IMG/VR virus record: IMGVR_UViG_3300017785_000957
Coordinates: 1 to 31,723 of that record
Source of the DNA: a virus
Lineage: Duplodnaviria > Caudoviricetes
Length of the DNA stretch: 31,723 nt
Strand: one strand, 5' to 3'
The notes beneath the pieces are model-generated. The model was given only the letters and a program-made list of their open reading frames with translations, was not told where the DNA came from and made no database searches. Positions 1 to 10,579 of this stretch are shown piece by piece. The position numbers and the translations under genes were made by a program. Position 1 is the first letter of the stretch. Each line of letters opens with the position of its first letter.

Positions 1-8
1 TTGGTTCC

Positions 9-377
9 GTGATGGAAACTTGGGATGATCTTATTGATAAAGACAAGCTAGTTTCAGACGCATTAATCCATCATGTGTTTATCACATTGTTGATTTCATT
101 GCCATCAAATGATTTTTTCGCAAAAAACAAAAATTTCCTTATTCCAATAATCATGTTGGCTATCAATTCTTGGCTTGATTCTAATAATCTTGAGAAAGAA
201 GGATCTGAACAAAGGGCGTATGCGCTAACATTAAGACATATTGGAATCCAGATTGTACCTATGTGTGCATTTCTTGTTGGAGGTTTTGAGCATAGCAGAA
301 AATACAGCACAGATATTTGGAAATTTTTTACCGAGCATGAAAGTGCCGAAGAGTGGATCAACAACAAAATAAAATAA
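9..377 (+). CDS. 5'-truncated phage protein with DDxxD motif (isoprenyl transferase/terpene-synthase-like fold suspected)
   Basis: Frame is open to the window edge (GGT TCC GTG ATG...). Contains WDDLIDKD and NSWLDSNNLE. Helical character. Stop lies 4 nt before the next gene. Confidence 0.55.
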   Translation: MMETWDDLIDKDKLVSDALIHHVFITLLISLPSNDFFAKNKNFLIPIIMLAINSWLDSNNLEKEGSEQRAYALTLRHIGIQIVPMCAFLVGGFEHSRKYSTDIWKFFTEHESAEEWINNKIK

Positions 378-381
378 ATTT

Positions 382-1275
382 ATGTCATTAGGAGGAGGAG
401 GAGGGCCAAACATTAAAGCACCAAAGGCAAATTATGGAAGCGATATAACATCGCTGTTGACTCCATTGAGCCAACAAATGGGCAACATTGCTCAATTCGA
501 AGCTCAAAATAGACCTACGCTTGGCAATCTTAATCTTGGGGATATTCAAACATTCTTTCAAGGTGGTGGTAATCAACAAGGCATTTTGGGTCTTGGTGGA
601 CAAGCCTACGAAACTGGAGTTGGGCAACAACTTGCGGCACAACAGCAACAACTTGCTGGGCAACAAGGGCAAGTTCAAGGATTGCGTCAGCTCCAAGCTG
701 GGTTATCACCAGAAGCGGCAATGGCTACTCAGCAAGCCTCTGATGCGGCTAGGACTGCTTATGCAGCATCTCTTGGAGTTACACCTGAAGAACAACGCAT
801 GGCGCAGCAAGCAGCGCGTGAGGCAGCACAATCGAGTGGTCGTCTTGGGGGCAATGCAGGGATTGCAGGTGAAATTCTTAATCGTGAAGACATCCTTGCT
901 CGCAAACGTGCTGAAGCAGCGCAAGCAGGTAGCCGTGCGTTCCAACTCGGTCAATCTTTCTACCAACAACCAGGACTTCAAGCACTTTATTCAACTCCTG
1001 CTGGAATGCAGATTGGCCAGAACTACTTGAACTATGGTGTTCAGTCCATTGGTCAATCTACTCCACAACTCTTTGATGTTGGACAAGCATTGAATCTTGG
1101 GGCAGCACAACGTCAGAATGTTCTTTCTGCTCAACAAGCCAATGCTCAAATCAAGGCATCAAATCAAGCATCTGGAATGGGACTATTTGGAGATATTGCA
1201 AAAGGAGTTGGTGGAATTCTTGCAGCACCAGCAACAGGTGGAGCTTCACTATTCTCTTCATTCATAGGAAAATAA
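382..1275 (+). CDS. Internal virion/DNA ejection protein (P22 gp7-like)
   Basis: Gly-rich N-terminus MSLGGGGG, Q/A/G-rich body, C-terminal hydrophobic glycine-rich segment GVGGILAAPATGGASLF. First of three consecutive genes of increasing size. Confidence 0.6.
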   Translation: MSLGGGGGPNIKAPKANYGSDITSLLTPLSQQMGNIAQFEAQNRPTLGNLNLGDIQTFFQGGGNQQGILGLGGQAYETGVGQQLAAQQQQLAGQQGQVQGLRQLQAGLSPEAAMATQQASDAARTAYAASLGVTPEEQRMAQQAAREAAQSSGRLGGNAGIAGEILNREDILARKRAEAAQAGSRAFQLGQSFYQQPGLQALYSTPAGMQIGQNYLNYGVQSIGQSTPQLFDVGQALNLGAAQRQNVLSAQQANAQIKASNQASGMGLFGDIAKGVGGILAAPATGGASLFSSFIGK

Positions 1276-1278
1276 TTT

Positions 1279-2736
1279 ATGGCACTTTTAGGACAATCAA
1301 TCAATCCAGCACTATTCCTTCAAGATTACTCTGGCTTTACAAAAGCCGCAGCGATTCAAGCACAGGGAATGCAGAATCTTGGGCAGCAGATTCAAAGCGT
1401 TGCACAAGACTACGTTACGAATAAGAAGGAGGAATCAAAACTAAGTGCAGTCAAGAAAGCTGGCATTGCCGACATTCAAGCAGCTATCCAGTTAAGCAAA
1501 TCAAGCGGTCTTGGCCTTGAGTCAACGCTTGAGCCTTTGCTTGCTGCTGCAACAGATCCCAACTCATCATTGATAGAACAGGCTGCTGCTGCTCAACAAG
1601 CATCTCAGAGCATTGGGACGACAATGAATACCAAGTTCAAGATTGAAGAGCTTAATATGCAGCGTCAAGCAGCATCAAGAGCAGGAGCAATGGATGCGGC
1701 AAAACTTCAAGCCATTGCTGAAGAAAGAAATCAAAGAGACGCATTATCGAGTGCTATTGGCAATCCACTATTCCAAAGCGTTGTTTCACAACTTCCAACA
1801 GAAATGTCAAAATCAATCTTGGCAAGTTCTGAAAATCTCACTCCATCTCAAAAGTTTGATTTGGCAAATTCACTCACGCAATTTGTTCCTAAATCAAAAA
1901 CCATTACTGCTCCTAAAGTTGAAACATTTGACACTCCACAAGGTAAAGTTCAAATGCAATTTGATGAAGTATCTGGAAAATATATTCCAATCCAAGCTGC
2001 TGGGATTGATGGGCAAGTTGGAGTCGCACCAATAGCATCACTTCCACTTGTTAATCCTCCTGCTGGATATGAATCATACAGAACTGAGTCTGGAGGAATT
2101 GGCGTAAGACCACTGGAAGGAAGTCCCGACTATATCAAGCAGCAACAAGCAATCGCTTCTGAAGAAGGAATGAAGCAGCAACGAGCAGTTAGTGGAGCAA
2201 CAGTAATTCAAGATGTATCTAGAGCATTGGGTGAACTTAAAAACATCAATCAAGGTACTGGAATAATTGCATCAAATGCTCGGAAACTTGCTTCTGGGGT
2301 TGCTGGTACTCCAGAGTACAAGATATTGAATAACTATGTTCCAACTATTGTTGCAAACATAACATTTGATAAACTGCAAGAATTGAAGCAGAACTCTCCA
2401 ACTGGGGCATCTGGTCTTGGAGCTTTGAATAGAAGTGAAGCTGACGCATTGCGAGATTCTGCTGGTAAGTTAACTGATATAAGCAATCCTGTGGTTTTTG
2501 CGGAAAACTTAATTCGCGTTCAATCAAAATTTATTGATCTGATTCACGGGACATCAGCACAACGTCAGAAACTCGTTGATGATGGAAAGTTGAATAGATC
2601 TGAAAATCTAAAGATTGAGTCACTTTACCCAGATGTCCAAATGAGTTCATCTGGACAAATGATTCAACGAGGTACAACTCCAAAACCAACATTTATTGTA
2701 CGTCCAGCAGTCCAAGCTATTTTGGATGAGCAATAA
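1279..2736 (+). CDS. Internal virion/DNA ejection protein (gp20-like)
   Basis: 485 aa, A/Q-rich and helical, with C-terminal GASGLGALNRSE motif of the kind seen in podovirus ejection proteins. Middle gene of the trio. Confidence 0.55.
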   Translation: MALLGQSINPALFLQDYSGFTKAAAIQAQGMQNLGQQIQSVAQDYVTNKKEESKLSAVKKAGIADIQAAIQLSKSSGLGLESTLEPLLAAATDPNSSLIEQAAAAQQASQSIGTTMNTKFKIEELNMQRQAASRAGAMDAAKLQAIAEERNQRDALSSAIGNPLFQSVVSQLPTEMSKSILASSENLTPSQKFDLANSLTQFVPKSKTITAPKVETFDTPQGKVQMQFDEVSGKYIPIQAAGIDGQVGVAPIASLPLVNPPAGYESYRTESGGIGVRPLEGSPDYIKQQQAIASEEGMKQQRAVSGATVIQDVSRALGELKNINQGTGIIASNARKLASGVAGTPEYKILNNYVPTIVANITFDKLQELKQNSPTGASGLGALNRSEADALRDSAGKLTDISNPVVFAENLIRVQSKFIDLIHGTSAQRQKLVDDGKLNRSENLKIESLYPDVQMSSSGQMIQRGTTPKPTFIVRPAVQAILDEQ

Positions 2737-2745
2737 TAATACTTT

Positions 2746-5700
2746 ATGTCAGAAGATCAAAATAGCAATCAAGTATTTAATGATATTCAGAGTTCAATAC
2801 TTAAGACTAAAGATAAATTAGTTCAAGCGAAGTCAAATAATAACATTGATGAGCAGAACAAGTATTCTTCTAATCTTAAATTACTGATTGATGAATTAAA
2901 AAGATTCCAAGTTGAAGGTCAAGCTATTGAGCAGAAATCACAAGACGCGTTAAAAGAATCTCTTGCTAGTCCAGACATTCTCAAAAAAGATGTTGCAGTA
3001 TCTACTGGAGACATTACTACTGCCCAGTTTGGTGGCATGGGTACAATTCCATCGCTTGGTACTAAAGTGCAAACTTATACTGATGCAAAAGTAGTTCCGA
3101 TTCTTTCTCAAATTCTAAATGCTCCAGAAGAAGCCATTGATGCCAAGAGTGGATTTCCACTTCTTGATCGTGCTGGTATTGGCATGGCTCCAACTGAATC
3201 CGATAAACAAAACTATCTGGTTCGTAAATATGGTCAAGAAAATGTCACCCCAGTAAATATTGGTGGGCAATCGAATTATGCCATCAAAACTGGTGATGGG
3301 AAAATTACACTATTTGATGAAATCGGGCCAAGTGCAAAAGATATTGCAGATGTTTCTGGCGCAGTATTACCAATAACTGCTGCCATTGCTGCTGCAATAG
3401 CAACTACTAAAGCAACAGCGAATCCATTTGTTGCATCTGCTGCCGCTAATGGAGCATACTTTGGAGTAAGCGGTATTCAAGATGCTCTTGTACGAGAGGT
3501 GATGGGCGAGAGAATCCAACCAATGGAAATTGCCGCTCGCAGAGGCTTTGAAAGTGGAATCGGAATGGCCATTGATTTAGCCACAGCAGGAACAGGTCGT
3601 TTTATTAGTCGTCGTCTTGGTAATGGGGTAATCAATCAATATGGCAAAGCTATTGCTGATGCTGAACAGGTGTTAAGAAGCAAAGGCATGAATGTTGAGA
3701 TGTCACCTGCCGCTGAATTTGGCCCATTAAAACTTGAGTCGCAACAAAAATATGCAGCAAGGAATCCTAATAGTGGGGAAGCAGTAAGACTTAATAAAAA
3801 TCTTAATGTGCTTGCTGATTACCAATCATCACTCACCACTAATCCACAAACTCCAGCGGCAACATTTGATAAAGTTGTTGGAACTCTCCGTGTTGAATAT
3901 GATGATTTAGTAAAAGCTGTTGAATCTGAAGATAAAAAAGCAGCAGCAATTATTCGCAAATCACTTGATGACAAACTTACTGGGATTTCAAACTTCCAGC
4001 AATGGAAAGATGATGGTTTCCAAAAAGAACCTCTTGGAAATGCGCTTAATTCAATTTTAACTCAAGGTAAAGAGCAAGTAAATGAATTAAAGACTCAAGC
4101 ATTTACTGCATTTTATGATGCTGCTGACAGGGCTGGTGCAGTTGTTACTCCAAAAGAAGCATCAACAACATTAAAAAAAGCAATCTCTGGATTCAAAGGC
4201 ATTAAAACCAATCCAGAAGTTGATCGCATTGTAGGCACATTGGATCAGATGCATTCATATAAACTTGAAGCCAATAGGATTGAAAGACTTATAGCTCAAG
4301 GAAAAGAGAAGCCAACCAAAGCTAATTTAAAACTCGTAAAACAATTACGAGATGCTTCTGCGCCACTTGATATGCGGACATTAAATCTATATGTCCAAAC
4401 AATTCAAGATGCTGTTCCTGGAGCTGACGCTATTGGAGGCAAGAGCGCACAGCAGGTAGCATCTACTGCATCTGGAGCTTTAAGAGATTTGCGTGATTCT
4501 GTAATTTCCAAAAAACAACTTGGAAAACAATTTGCGGATGTAAATGCACAATATGCAAATGACGTTCTTCTTTTCGAGAGACAATCTCCTGGAGCTATTT
4601 TAAAAGAACGTCTTGGAGACACATCGTCAACTCCAAGTCAAATGGTTGATCGTGCAATATCCGATCCATCCAATGTTGATGATGTTTTAAGAGCGGTTGG
4701 ATTAGCAGATCCTAATCAAGTTCCTCAATTTAGAGAGCAACTCCAAAGAGCCTACCTTGACAAAATTGGACTGACTTCTCGTCATGGCCCATCTGATAAA
4801 ATTGACTTCAATCCAGAAATTATTCAAAAGTTATACGGAGTTGATGTTAATGGCGCACCAAATGTAAATTCGGGCAAGTTGATGGTTGGTAAGTTGCAAG
4901 AACTTGAAGGAGCGTTAAAAGACTCAAAACTAAATCTTTCAAATGTTAAGCCAGATGAAGTTGACTTACTATTCAAATCATTAAGCCAACAAGAAAGAGA
5001 AGGTGTTGTTAAATCAATTACATCTAGACTTGCTTCTGAAAAACAAGCTGATTTAATGCTTGAGAATACTTTAATCAAACTTGCCAAAAAAGGGGAATGG
5101 GGAAAAGTTGACAATGATGAATTTGCAAGAGCGATGTTTAACGCTCCGATCCAAGATGTAAGAACTGTTATTGGCAAGATGCCACAGACTGAAAGGCTTT
5201 CTCTTAATGCGGATTTCGCATCGCACTTATTTTCTCGCTATCCAAGTAACGGGCAAATGACAAAAAATGGAATTGAGTTATGGAATGCTGATGCGTATCT
5301 TGCTGATTTGAAATCAGAAAATGGAAAAGAGTTGCAAAAGAAAATAGCAGAAGTACTAGGAAAAGATTTTCTTGATACTTTCACGGCGGCATCAAGAGCA
5401 TTATCTGCAAGTAAGATGCCAACAGTAGCACAACAATCGGCTCTTGCTGGAATAAGTGCAAGGAAAGGAGCCGTACCAGCAATGGTTTCAAGGATCTATG
5501 GTGGCACAATCAATAAACTTATGGGTGCTGCTTACTCAACTGGAAGACTGAAACCATTTTTGAGACTAATTGAAAAAGATGTTGGTTTTGAAAAAGCTGA
5601 TGAAAACCTCAAACGATTATTCTATCCTCTTGTTACAACAAATCTTGGGATTCGTGCATTAACACATCAAAGCAGAAATGATCCAAGATTTGCTGAAGCT

Positions 5701-5769
5701 AACCAAACAATGCTTAATATGATTCCAAAAGAGGAAGAGAATTTTAAGAATACATACGAGACTGATTAA
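2746..5769 (+). CDS. Large internal virion/DNA ejection protein (gp16-like)
   Basis: 1007 aa helical protein with Ala-rich hydrophobic stretch (VLPITAAIAAAIATT...ASAAANGAYFGVSG). Last and largest of the trio. Confidence 0.6.
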   Translation: MSEDQNSNQVFNDIQSSILKTKDKLVQAKSNNNIDEQNKYSSNLKLLIDELKRFQVEGQAIEQKSQDALKESLASPDILKKDVAVSTGDITTAQFGGMGTIPSLGTKVQTYTDAKVVPILSQILNAPEEAIDAKSGFPLLDRAGIGMAPTESDKQNYLVRKYGQENVTPVNIGGQSNYAIKTGDGKITLFDEIGPSAKDIADVSGAVLPITAAIAAAIATTKATANPFVASAAANGAYFGVSGIQDALVREVMGERIQPMEIAARRGFESGIGMAIDLATAGTGRFISRRLGNGVINQYGKAIADAEQVLRSKGMNVEMSPAAEFGPLKLESQQKYAARNPNSGEAVRLNKNLNVLADYQSSLTTNPQTPAATFDKVVGTLRVEYDDLVKAVESEDKKAAAIIRKSLDDKLTGISNFQQWKDDGFQKEPLGNALNSILTQGKEQVNELKTQAFTAFYDAADRAGAVVTPKEASTTLKKAISGFKGIKTNPEVDRIVGTLDQMHSYKLEANRIERLIAQGKEKPTKANLKLVKQLRDASAPLDMRTLNLYVQTIQDAVPGADAIGGKSAQQVASTASGALRDLRDSVISKKQLGKQFADVNAQYANDVLLFERQSPGAILKERLGDTSSTPSQMVDRAISDPSNVDDVLRAVGLADPNQVPQFREQLQRAYLDKIGLTSRHGPSDKIDFNPEIIQKLYGVDVNGAPNVNSGKLMVGKLQELEGALKDSKLNLSNVKPDEVDLLFKSLSQQEREGVVKSITSRLASEKQADLMLENTLIKLAKKGEWGKVDNDEFARAMFNAPIQDVRTVIGKMPQTERLSLNADFASHLFSRYPSNGQMTKNGIELWNADAYLADLKSENGKELQKKIAEVLGKDFLDTFTAASRALSASKMPTVAQQSALAGISARKGAVPAMVSRIYGGTINKLMGAAYSTGRLKPFLRLIEKDVGFEKADENLKRLFYPLVTTNLGIRALTHQSRNDPRFAEANQTMLNMIPKEEENFKNTYETD

Positions 5770-5771
5770 AT

Positions 5772-5912
5772 ATGAAGGCAAAAGTAAAAACAAAATCACT
5801 CAAACAAGTTGGTTATCTATTGAGTAAGGGGAGTCCACTCACAGCCAAGGAGCAGACCAAACTTAAAAAAGAGTTGCATTCTGGCAAGGTTAAGGTTAAA
5901 AAGACTAAATGA
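5772..5912 (+). CDS. Small basic protein, 46 aa (not in ORF track)
   Basis: MKAKVKTKSLKQVGYLLSKGSPLTAKEQTKLKKELHSGKVKVKKTK. Starts 2 nt after the previous stop; its TGA overlaps the terS ATG (ATGA). Confidence 0.7.
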   Translation: MKAKVKTKSLKQVGYLLSKGSPLTAKEQTKLKKELHSGKVKVKKTK

Positions 5913-6475
5913 ACGATGAAACTCAAACGCAATCTACCGAATACCATGATGTAAAAAAGGAGAAATCCGAATGGTTTCTTGAGATTCGTGAAAGAGCTAA
6001 GAATCTTTCTCGAGGTTCGGTTGAGAATTATGCTCCTGGAATTGCGGCCCAAGCATTGTGGATGCTGGCACAAGGAGGCCGAATCAAGACAATCTCCCAG
6101 AAAACTGGATTAGGTCACGAAACAATTCGCAAACTAGAATGGAGGCATAATGATACGCTTGAAACAAAGCGTAAAGAGTTCTCTATGCGTTATGCTATTG
6201 CTGCTCAAGAATATACCGATCTATTGTTTGAGAAAGCTGAACAACTATCGAATGATCCAGAAGCACTATCCAAAATCTCCCCAGAAAAGTTGGCTTTGAC
6301 TGTTGGGATTATGACAGATAAAGCCGCCCAGTTGACTGGTATGGCAGGAATGGTAATTGAGCATCGCAAGGGAGCATCTATTGATGATGCAATGAAGATG
6401 ATTGCTGAAGCTAAAGCTAAAGTTGCAGAACGCATCAAGTCTCAAGCTGTTGAAGCTGAAATTATTGAAGGATGA
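5909..6475 (+). CDS. terS: Terminase small subunit (HTH-containing)
   Basis: HTH-like IKTISQKTGLGHETIRK, helical body, C-terminal VEAEIIE. ATGA overlap with terL. Confidence 0.65.
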   Translation: MNDETQTQSTEYHDVKKEKSEWFLEIRERAKNLSRGSVENYAPGIAAQALWMLAQGGRIKTISQKTGLGHETIRKLEWRHNDTLETKRKEFSMRYAIAAQEYTDLLFEKAEQLSNDPEALSKISPEKLALTVGIMTDKAAQLTGMAGMVIEHRKGASIDDAMKMIAEAKAKVAERIKSQAVEAEIIEG

Positions 6476-8070
6476 TTTGGAAGCAGCATCAAATCCTTAC
6501 TCCACCAACTGATGATGAAATATCAGTAATGGAGATAGATGAGCTTATGGAACTCCATAAGGCTTACCATGATGCCATTGATAATGCTGAAAAAGACCCA
6601 TATCGCTTTGGGTTCAGACTTCCTCATTGGATTAAAGCAGAAGAGCAACTGCATGAGGTTAATGAGATATTAGCATTAGGAGGCAACCGCAGCGGGAAAA
6701 CTCAATGGGGTGCGTTCTCGATTGTTCGATCTGCGATTGAAAACCCTAAGTCTGAAATCTTTTGCTTTGCTCAAACATCCGAAGTTTCTATTCGCCAGCA
6801 ACAAAGTGCAGTTTATGACTGGTTGCCAGCAGAAATGAAGACCAAGCAGACTTCTGCGAATGCTTACATTAGCTACACAAAAAAGAATGGATTTACTGAC
6901 TCATCCTTAATCTTACCGAATGGAAGTCAAATCATCTTTAAAACGTATTCACAATATCAAAACAATCCAACAATTCTAGAAGGTGCTGAACTTGGAAGCA
7001 GGAATCCTAATTGGCACAACATTGGTGTTTGGCTAGACGAGTACCTGCTTGGCCCAGAATTAGTTAATACCCTACGCTTCCGACTAGCTACTCGTAATGC
7101 CAAAATGCTTGTCACGTTCACCCCTATTGATGGATGGACAGAAGTGATCAAGGAGTACCTGGATGGAGCATCAATTATTGAGTCTCGCAATGCTGAACTA
7201 CTCAAGAACGAACTCGTTCCATACGTTCAGAGGAGTAAGAAACGAAACGCATCAATCCATTACTTTCATTCTCAAGACAATCCGTTTGGTGGATATGATC
7301 GAATCAAAGAGAACCTCATGGGTAGATCTAGAGAGGAAATCTTAATTCGGGCTTATGGTGTTCCAGTAAAATCACAAGCAACTAAATTCCCCAAGTTTAA
7401 CACGGCTGTAAATGTCATTGATGCATCTTTAATCCCAACTGAAGACATCACAAGGTACAACATTATTGACCCTGCTGGTGCAAAAAATTGGTTTATGTGC
7501 TGGATTGCTGTTGATTCTGGTGGTACATTTTACGTTTATCGTGAATGGCCAGGAGTTGACGTTGGAGACTGGGCCGAATGGAAGTCTGGGAAGTGGATTG
7601 CTGGAGAAGGAGCAAAAGGACAAGGATACGGCATCAGAGATTATGCTGATCTTATAATTGACCTAGAAGGTGGCGAGGACATCTTTGAGCGACTTATTGA
7701 CCCAAGACTAGGTGCTGCACGTTACCAAGCCGCTGATGGGGCTTCTAGCATCATTGAAGACCTATCTGATGCTGGCATCGTATGCGTACCTGCCCCTGGA
7801 CTTGAAATTGACGATGGACTACAAGTTCTTATTGGCAAAATGGCATGGGACACAAACAAGCCAATGGATTCGGTTAATCGTCCAAAATTCTACGTCTCAA
7901 AAGACTGCGAGAATATCATTTCGGCATTATCTGAGTACACGGGTGAACAAGGCTTAAAAGAGGCTTGGAAAGATCCTATTGATGTGCTACGATACGCCGC
8001 AGTTGCTGATATTGACCATGCAGACCAAACCAAAACATTCTCAACTGTCCAAGGGGGCGGTGGATACTAA
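6472..8070 (+). CDS. terL: Terminase large subunit
   Basis: Walker A GGNRSGKT, Walker B VWLDE, coupling motif TFTP, nuclease motifs IIDPAG and DPIDVLRY. Confidence 0.95.
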   Translation: MIWKQHQILTPPTDDEISVMEIDELMELHKAYHDAIDNAEKDPYRFGFRLPHWIKAEEQLHEVNEILALGGNRSGKTQWGAFSIVRSAIENPKSEIFCFAQTSEVSIRQQQSAVYDWLPAEMKTKQTSANAYISYTKKNGFTDSSLILPNGSQIIFKTYSQYQNNPTILEGAELGSRNPNWHNIGVWLDEYLLGPELVNTLRFRLATRNAKMLVTFTPIDGWTEVIKEYLDGASIIESRNAELLKNELVPYVQRSKKRNASIHYFHSQDNPFGGYDRIKENLMGRSREEILIRAYGVPVKSQATKFPKFNTAVNVIDASLIPTEDITRYNIIDPAGAKNWFMCWIAVDSGGTFYVYREWPGVDVGDWAEWKSGKWIAGEGAKGQGYGIRDYADLIIDLEGGEDIFERLIDPRLGAARYQAADGASSIIEDLSDAGIVCVPAPGLEIDDGLQVLIGKMAWDTNKPMDSVNRPKFYVSKDCENIISALSEYTGEQGLKEAWKDPIDVLRYAAVADIDHADQTKTFSTVQGGGGY

Positions 8071-8071
8071 T

Positions 8072-8359
8072 ATGAAAACAATAGCTAAAAAATTAGGCCG
8101 TCCTAGAAAAATGGACAGAGCAGAAGAAATCATTGTTGAAAATACTGATTGCAATTTACAACAAACTGAAGATACTGATGAAGTATTTGATGATATTCTC
8201 GTATTGCGTAAATGCTTAAACCCAGATTTTGTTGTCGGACGGCTTGATGGTTTTACTGTTAATGTCCGTTGTGGCAGAAAAGTCTCGCATCGACTAGTAG
8301 GAAAAAACATTTCAATTAAAAAGTCAAAAGAAGAAGAAATTTACCATTATTTACCATGA
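8072..8359 (+). CDS. Hypothetical protein with N-terminal GRPRK (AT-hook-like) motif
   Basis: ATG at 8072 one base after the terL stop; TGA overlaps the portal ATG. Sequence begins MKTIAKKLGRPRK. Confidence 0.65.
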   Translation: MKTIAKKLGRPRKMDRAEEIIVENTDCNLQQTEDTDEVFDDILVLRKCLNPDFVVGRLDGFTVNVRCGRKVSHRLVGKNISIKKSKEEEIYHYLP

Positions 8360-10428
8360 GCAAATACGAAGCAGAAATAGGCGACGAATCACTAATTTAC
8401 GCTGATGACGAGCCAGATGTTGGGATGTTGACGATGGCTTATGATAATATTCTTATCGAACTTGACGAATATTTTCAAAGTTGCCAGCAGTCATACCAAG
8501 ATCGACGCAATATCTGGGATGGTAAGTCTGACGATTTGAGGAAACATGGAGCAAATGCTTTCCCATGGGAAGGTGCAAGCGATCAAGAAGTCAACATCGT
8601 TGGTGAGCGTATTGATATGTTTGTGTCGATTCTTGATCAAGCATTAAGCCGCAGCCATATCAAGGCATTTCCAACAAGCATGGCCTCAATGCCCCGTGCA
8701 GCAATGGTTTCCTCATTCCTAAAGTGGATGCGCTCAAGTTATATCCCAAACTTCCGTAACGAGATGGAGCTTGGAGCTAACTACTTGCTCGAAAAAGGCA
8801 TCATGGTTTCTTATGTTGGATGGAAGCGTGAAAAGCGCACGTTCCTGCAAGAAGTCTCACTTGATCAGATTGCACAACAATCACCAGACTTGGCAAACCT
8901 TGTTGCGTCTGGAACTGATGACGAAATGGTGTTGGCTATGCTTGAACAAGCCTTCCCAGACCTCAGTAAGAAGCGAGCAAAGAAAGCAATTAAGGATCTT
9001 CGTGTTACAGGAAAGGCTAAAATCCCAATCCCAAGGCTTTCGGTTGATTGTCCAGTTGTTCACTCATGTTCGTCTGATGGCGAAATCCTATTCCCCCCAT
9101 ACGTTTCAGATCCACAACGTAGTCCGTATGTCTTTTGGCGCACGTTCCTCACGGCTCAAGAGCTTGAGAAAAAAGTGGCAAACGAGGGATGGGATGAAGA
9201 TTGGGTTCGTGGAGCGATTGAAGAACTTCGTGGAAAGGACTCCATGTATATTGATGGAGAGAAGCTAAAGACAGTTAGCCGCCTTCCAATTACTGATGAC
9301 AACGACCTAGTTATGGTTGTTTATGGTTATCAACGACTTATTGATGAAGAAGATGGGTCTGAAGGCATTTACTGCACGATCTTTCACCCACAAAAAGATG
9401 GTTATGCAAAGTATGAATTGCTGAACGGATACGATGACTATCCATTCGTTGTGACTCGGCTTTCAAACGATCAAAAGCGTATGTACGAAGTTCAGACATT
9501 CTCTGACATCCTTCGTGGGCCGCAAATGCAAATTAAGACTGAGCGTGATTCGCGTGTAGACAGGGCATCTATTGCCACTCTGCCCCCGATCATGCATCCT
9601 GCTGGTCGCCCTCCATCTGATTGGGGGCCAGGACGCAGGGTTCCTTACCGCCGTCTTGGTGAGATTGCTTTTGGCCCAGTTCCACAAATGGATCAAGGGT
9701 CTATGGAAGTAGAACAATCCATGCGTTTGCAAGCGGATCGTGCAGTTGGTCTTGACTTAACCAATCCAATTTCAGCTATTCGCCAACAATTCTATGTCGG
9801 AAAATTCCTTGATCATGTTCGTGATGTTCTTACCCTTGCTTGGAAATTGTATCAGCGTATGGGGCCAGATGAAGTTTTCTTCCAAGTCACTGGTAATCCA
9901 AACCCACAAGTGATGTCAAAGGGAAGTCCAGACGAAAACTTCTCAATTACTGTTGCATTTGACTCACAGGCAAGCGATCCAGAAACTGCTGATCTTCAAT
10001 TAAAGAATATGATCAGCTTACTTCAAATGGATCGTAATGGAATCATTGATGTCAACAAGATGCTTGAATTTACTGCGGCATCTATCAACCCAATTTTTGC
10101 GGATTATGTGTTACAACCTGCTGAAGAGTCCCAGCAAAAAATTGCTAAAGCGGTTACAGATGATCTCGCAAAAATCTTCTCTGGCATCGAGGTTCCTGCA
10201 CAAGCAAATGGAGCGCAAGTAGCAATGCAGATGGTTCAAGCCTATGTGCAACAACCAGATATTGCTCAACGCGCACAACAAGATGAGGCATTTGCAGCAA
10301 GGCTTCAAAAGTATGCTGGCCAATACCAGTTCATGCTTCAACAAGCTCAGAATGCTCAAATTGGACGAATCGGAACTGCTCCAGCAAACATGGGTGGGAT
10401 GCAAACTCAACAAATGAATCAACAATAA
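8356..10428 (+). CDS. Portal protein
   Basis: 690 aa between terL and scaffold/capsid; PWEGASD and YPFVV motifs; Q-rich C-terminal barrel as in P22-type portals. Confidence 0.85.
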   Translation: MSKYEAEIGDESLIYADDEPDVGMLTMAYDNILIELDEYFQSCQQSYQDRRNIWDGKSDDLRKHGANAFPWEGASDQEVNIVGERIDMFVSILDQALSRSHIKAFPTSMASMPRAAMVSSFLKWMRSSYIPNFRNEMELGANYLLEKGIMVSYVGWKREKRTFLQEVSLDQIAQQSPDLANLVASGTDDEMVLAMLEQAFPDLSKKRAKKAIKDLRVTGKAKIPIPRLSVDCPVVHSCSSDGEILFPPYVSDPQRSPYVFWRTFLTAQELEKKVANEGWDEDWVRGAIEELRGKDSMYIDGEKLKTVSRLPITDDNDLVMVVYGYQRLIDEEDGSEGIYCTIFHPQKDGYAKYELLNGYDDYPFVVTRLSNDQKRMYEVQTFSDILRGPQMQIKTERDSRVDRASIATLPPIMHPAGRPPSDWGPGRRVPYRRLGEIAFGPVPQMDQGSMEVEQSMRLQADRAVGLDLTNPISAIRQQFYVGKFLDHVRDVLTLAWKLYQRMGPDEVFFQVTGNPNPQVMSKGSPDENFSITVAFDSQASDPETADLQLKNMISLLQMDRNGIIDVNKMLEFTAASINPIFADYVLQPAEESQQKIAKAVTDDLAKIFSGIEVPAQANGAQVAMQMVQAYVQQPDIAQRAQQDEAFAARLQKYAGQYQFMLQQAQNAQIGRIGTAPANMGGMQTQQMNQQ

Positions 10429-10432
10429 TATT

Positions 10433-10579
10433 ATGAAACAAGGATTATATTCAAATATCGCAGCAAAGCGTAAGCGTATCAAAGCTGGAAGCGGAGAAAA
10501 AATGAACAAGGTTGGAAGCAAAAATGCACCAACAGCTAAAGATTTTAAGGAATCTGCAAAAACAGCAAAGAAGAAATGA
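10433..10579 (+). CDS. Small basic phage protein, 48 aa (not in ORF track)
   Basis: MKQGLYSNIAAKRKRIKAGSGEKMNKVGSKNAPTAKDFKESAKTAKKK; resembles the recurrent GLYxNIxAKRKRI..GSGEKM phage peptide. ATGA-coupled to the next ORF. Confidence 0.8.
   Translation: MKQGLYSNIAAKRKRIKAGSGEKMNKVGSKNAPTAKDFKESAKTAKKK

Noticed and set aside
488-1030. 180-aa alternative-frame ORF inside the first ejection gene
   Set aside because: No motif, and its L/N/K composition is what a shifted CAA/GCT-rich frame produces; unlike the MTase case there is no complementary conserved motif.
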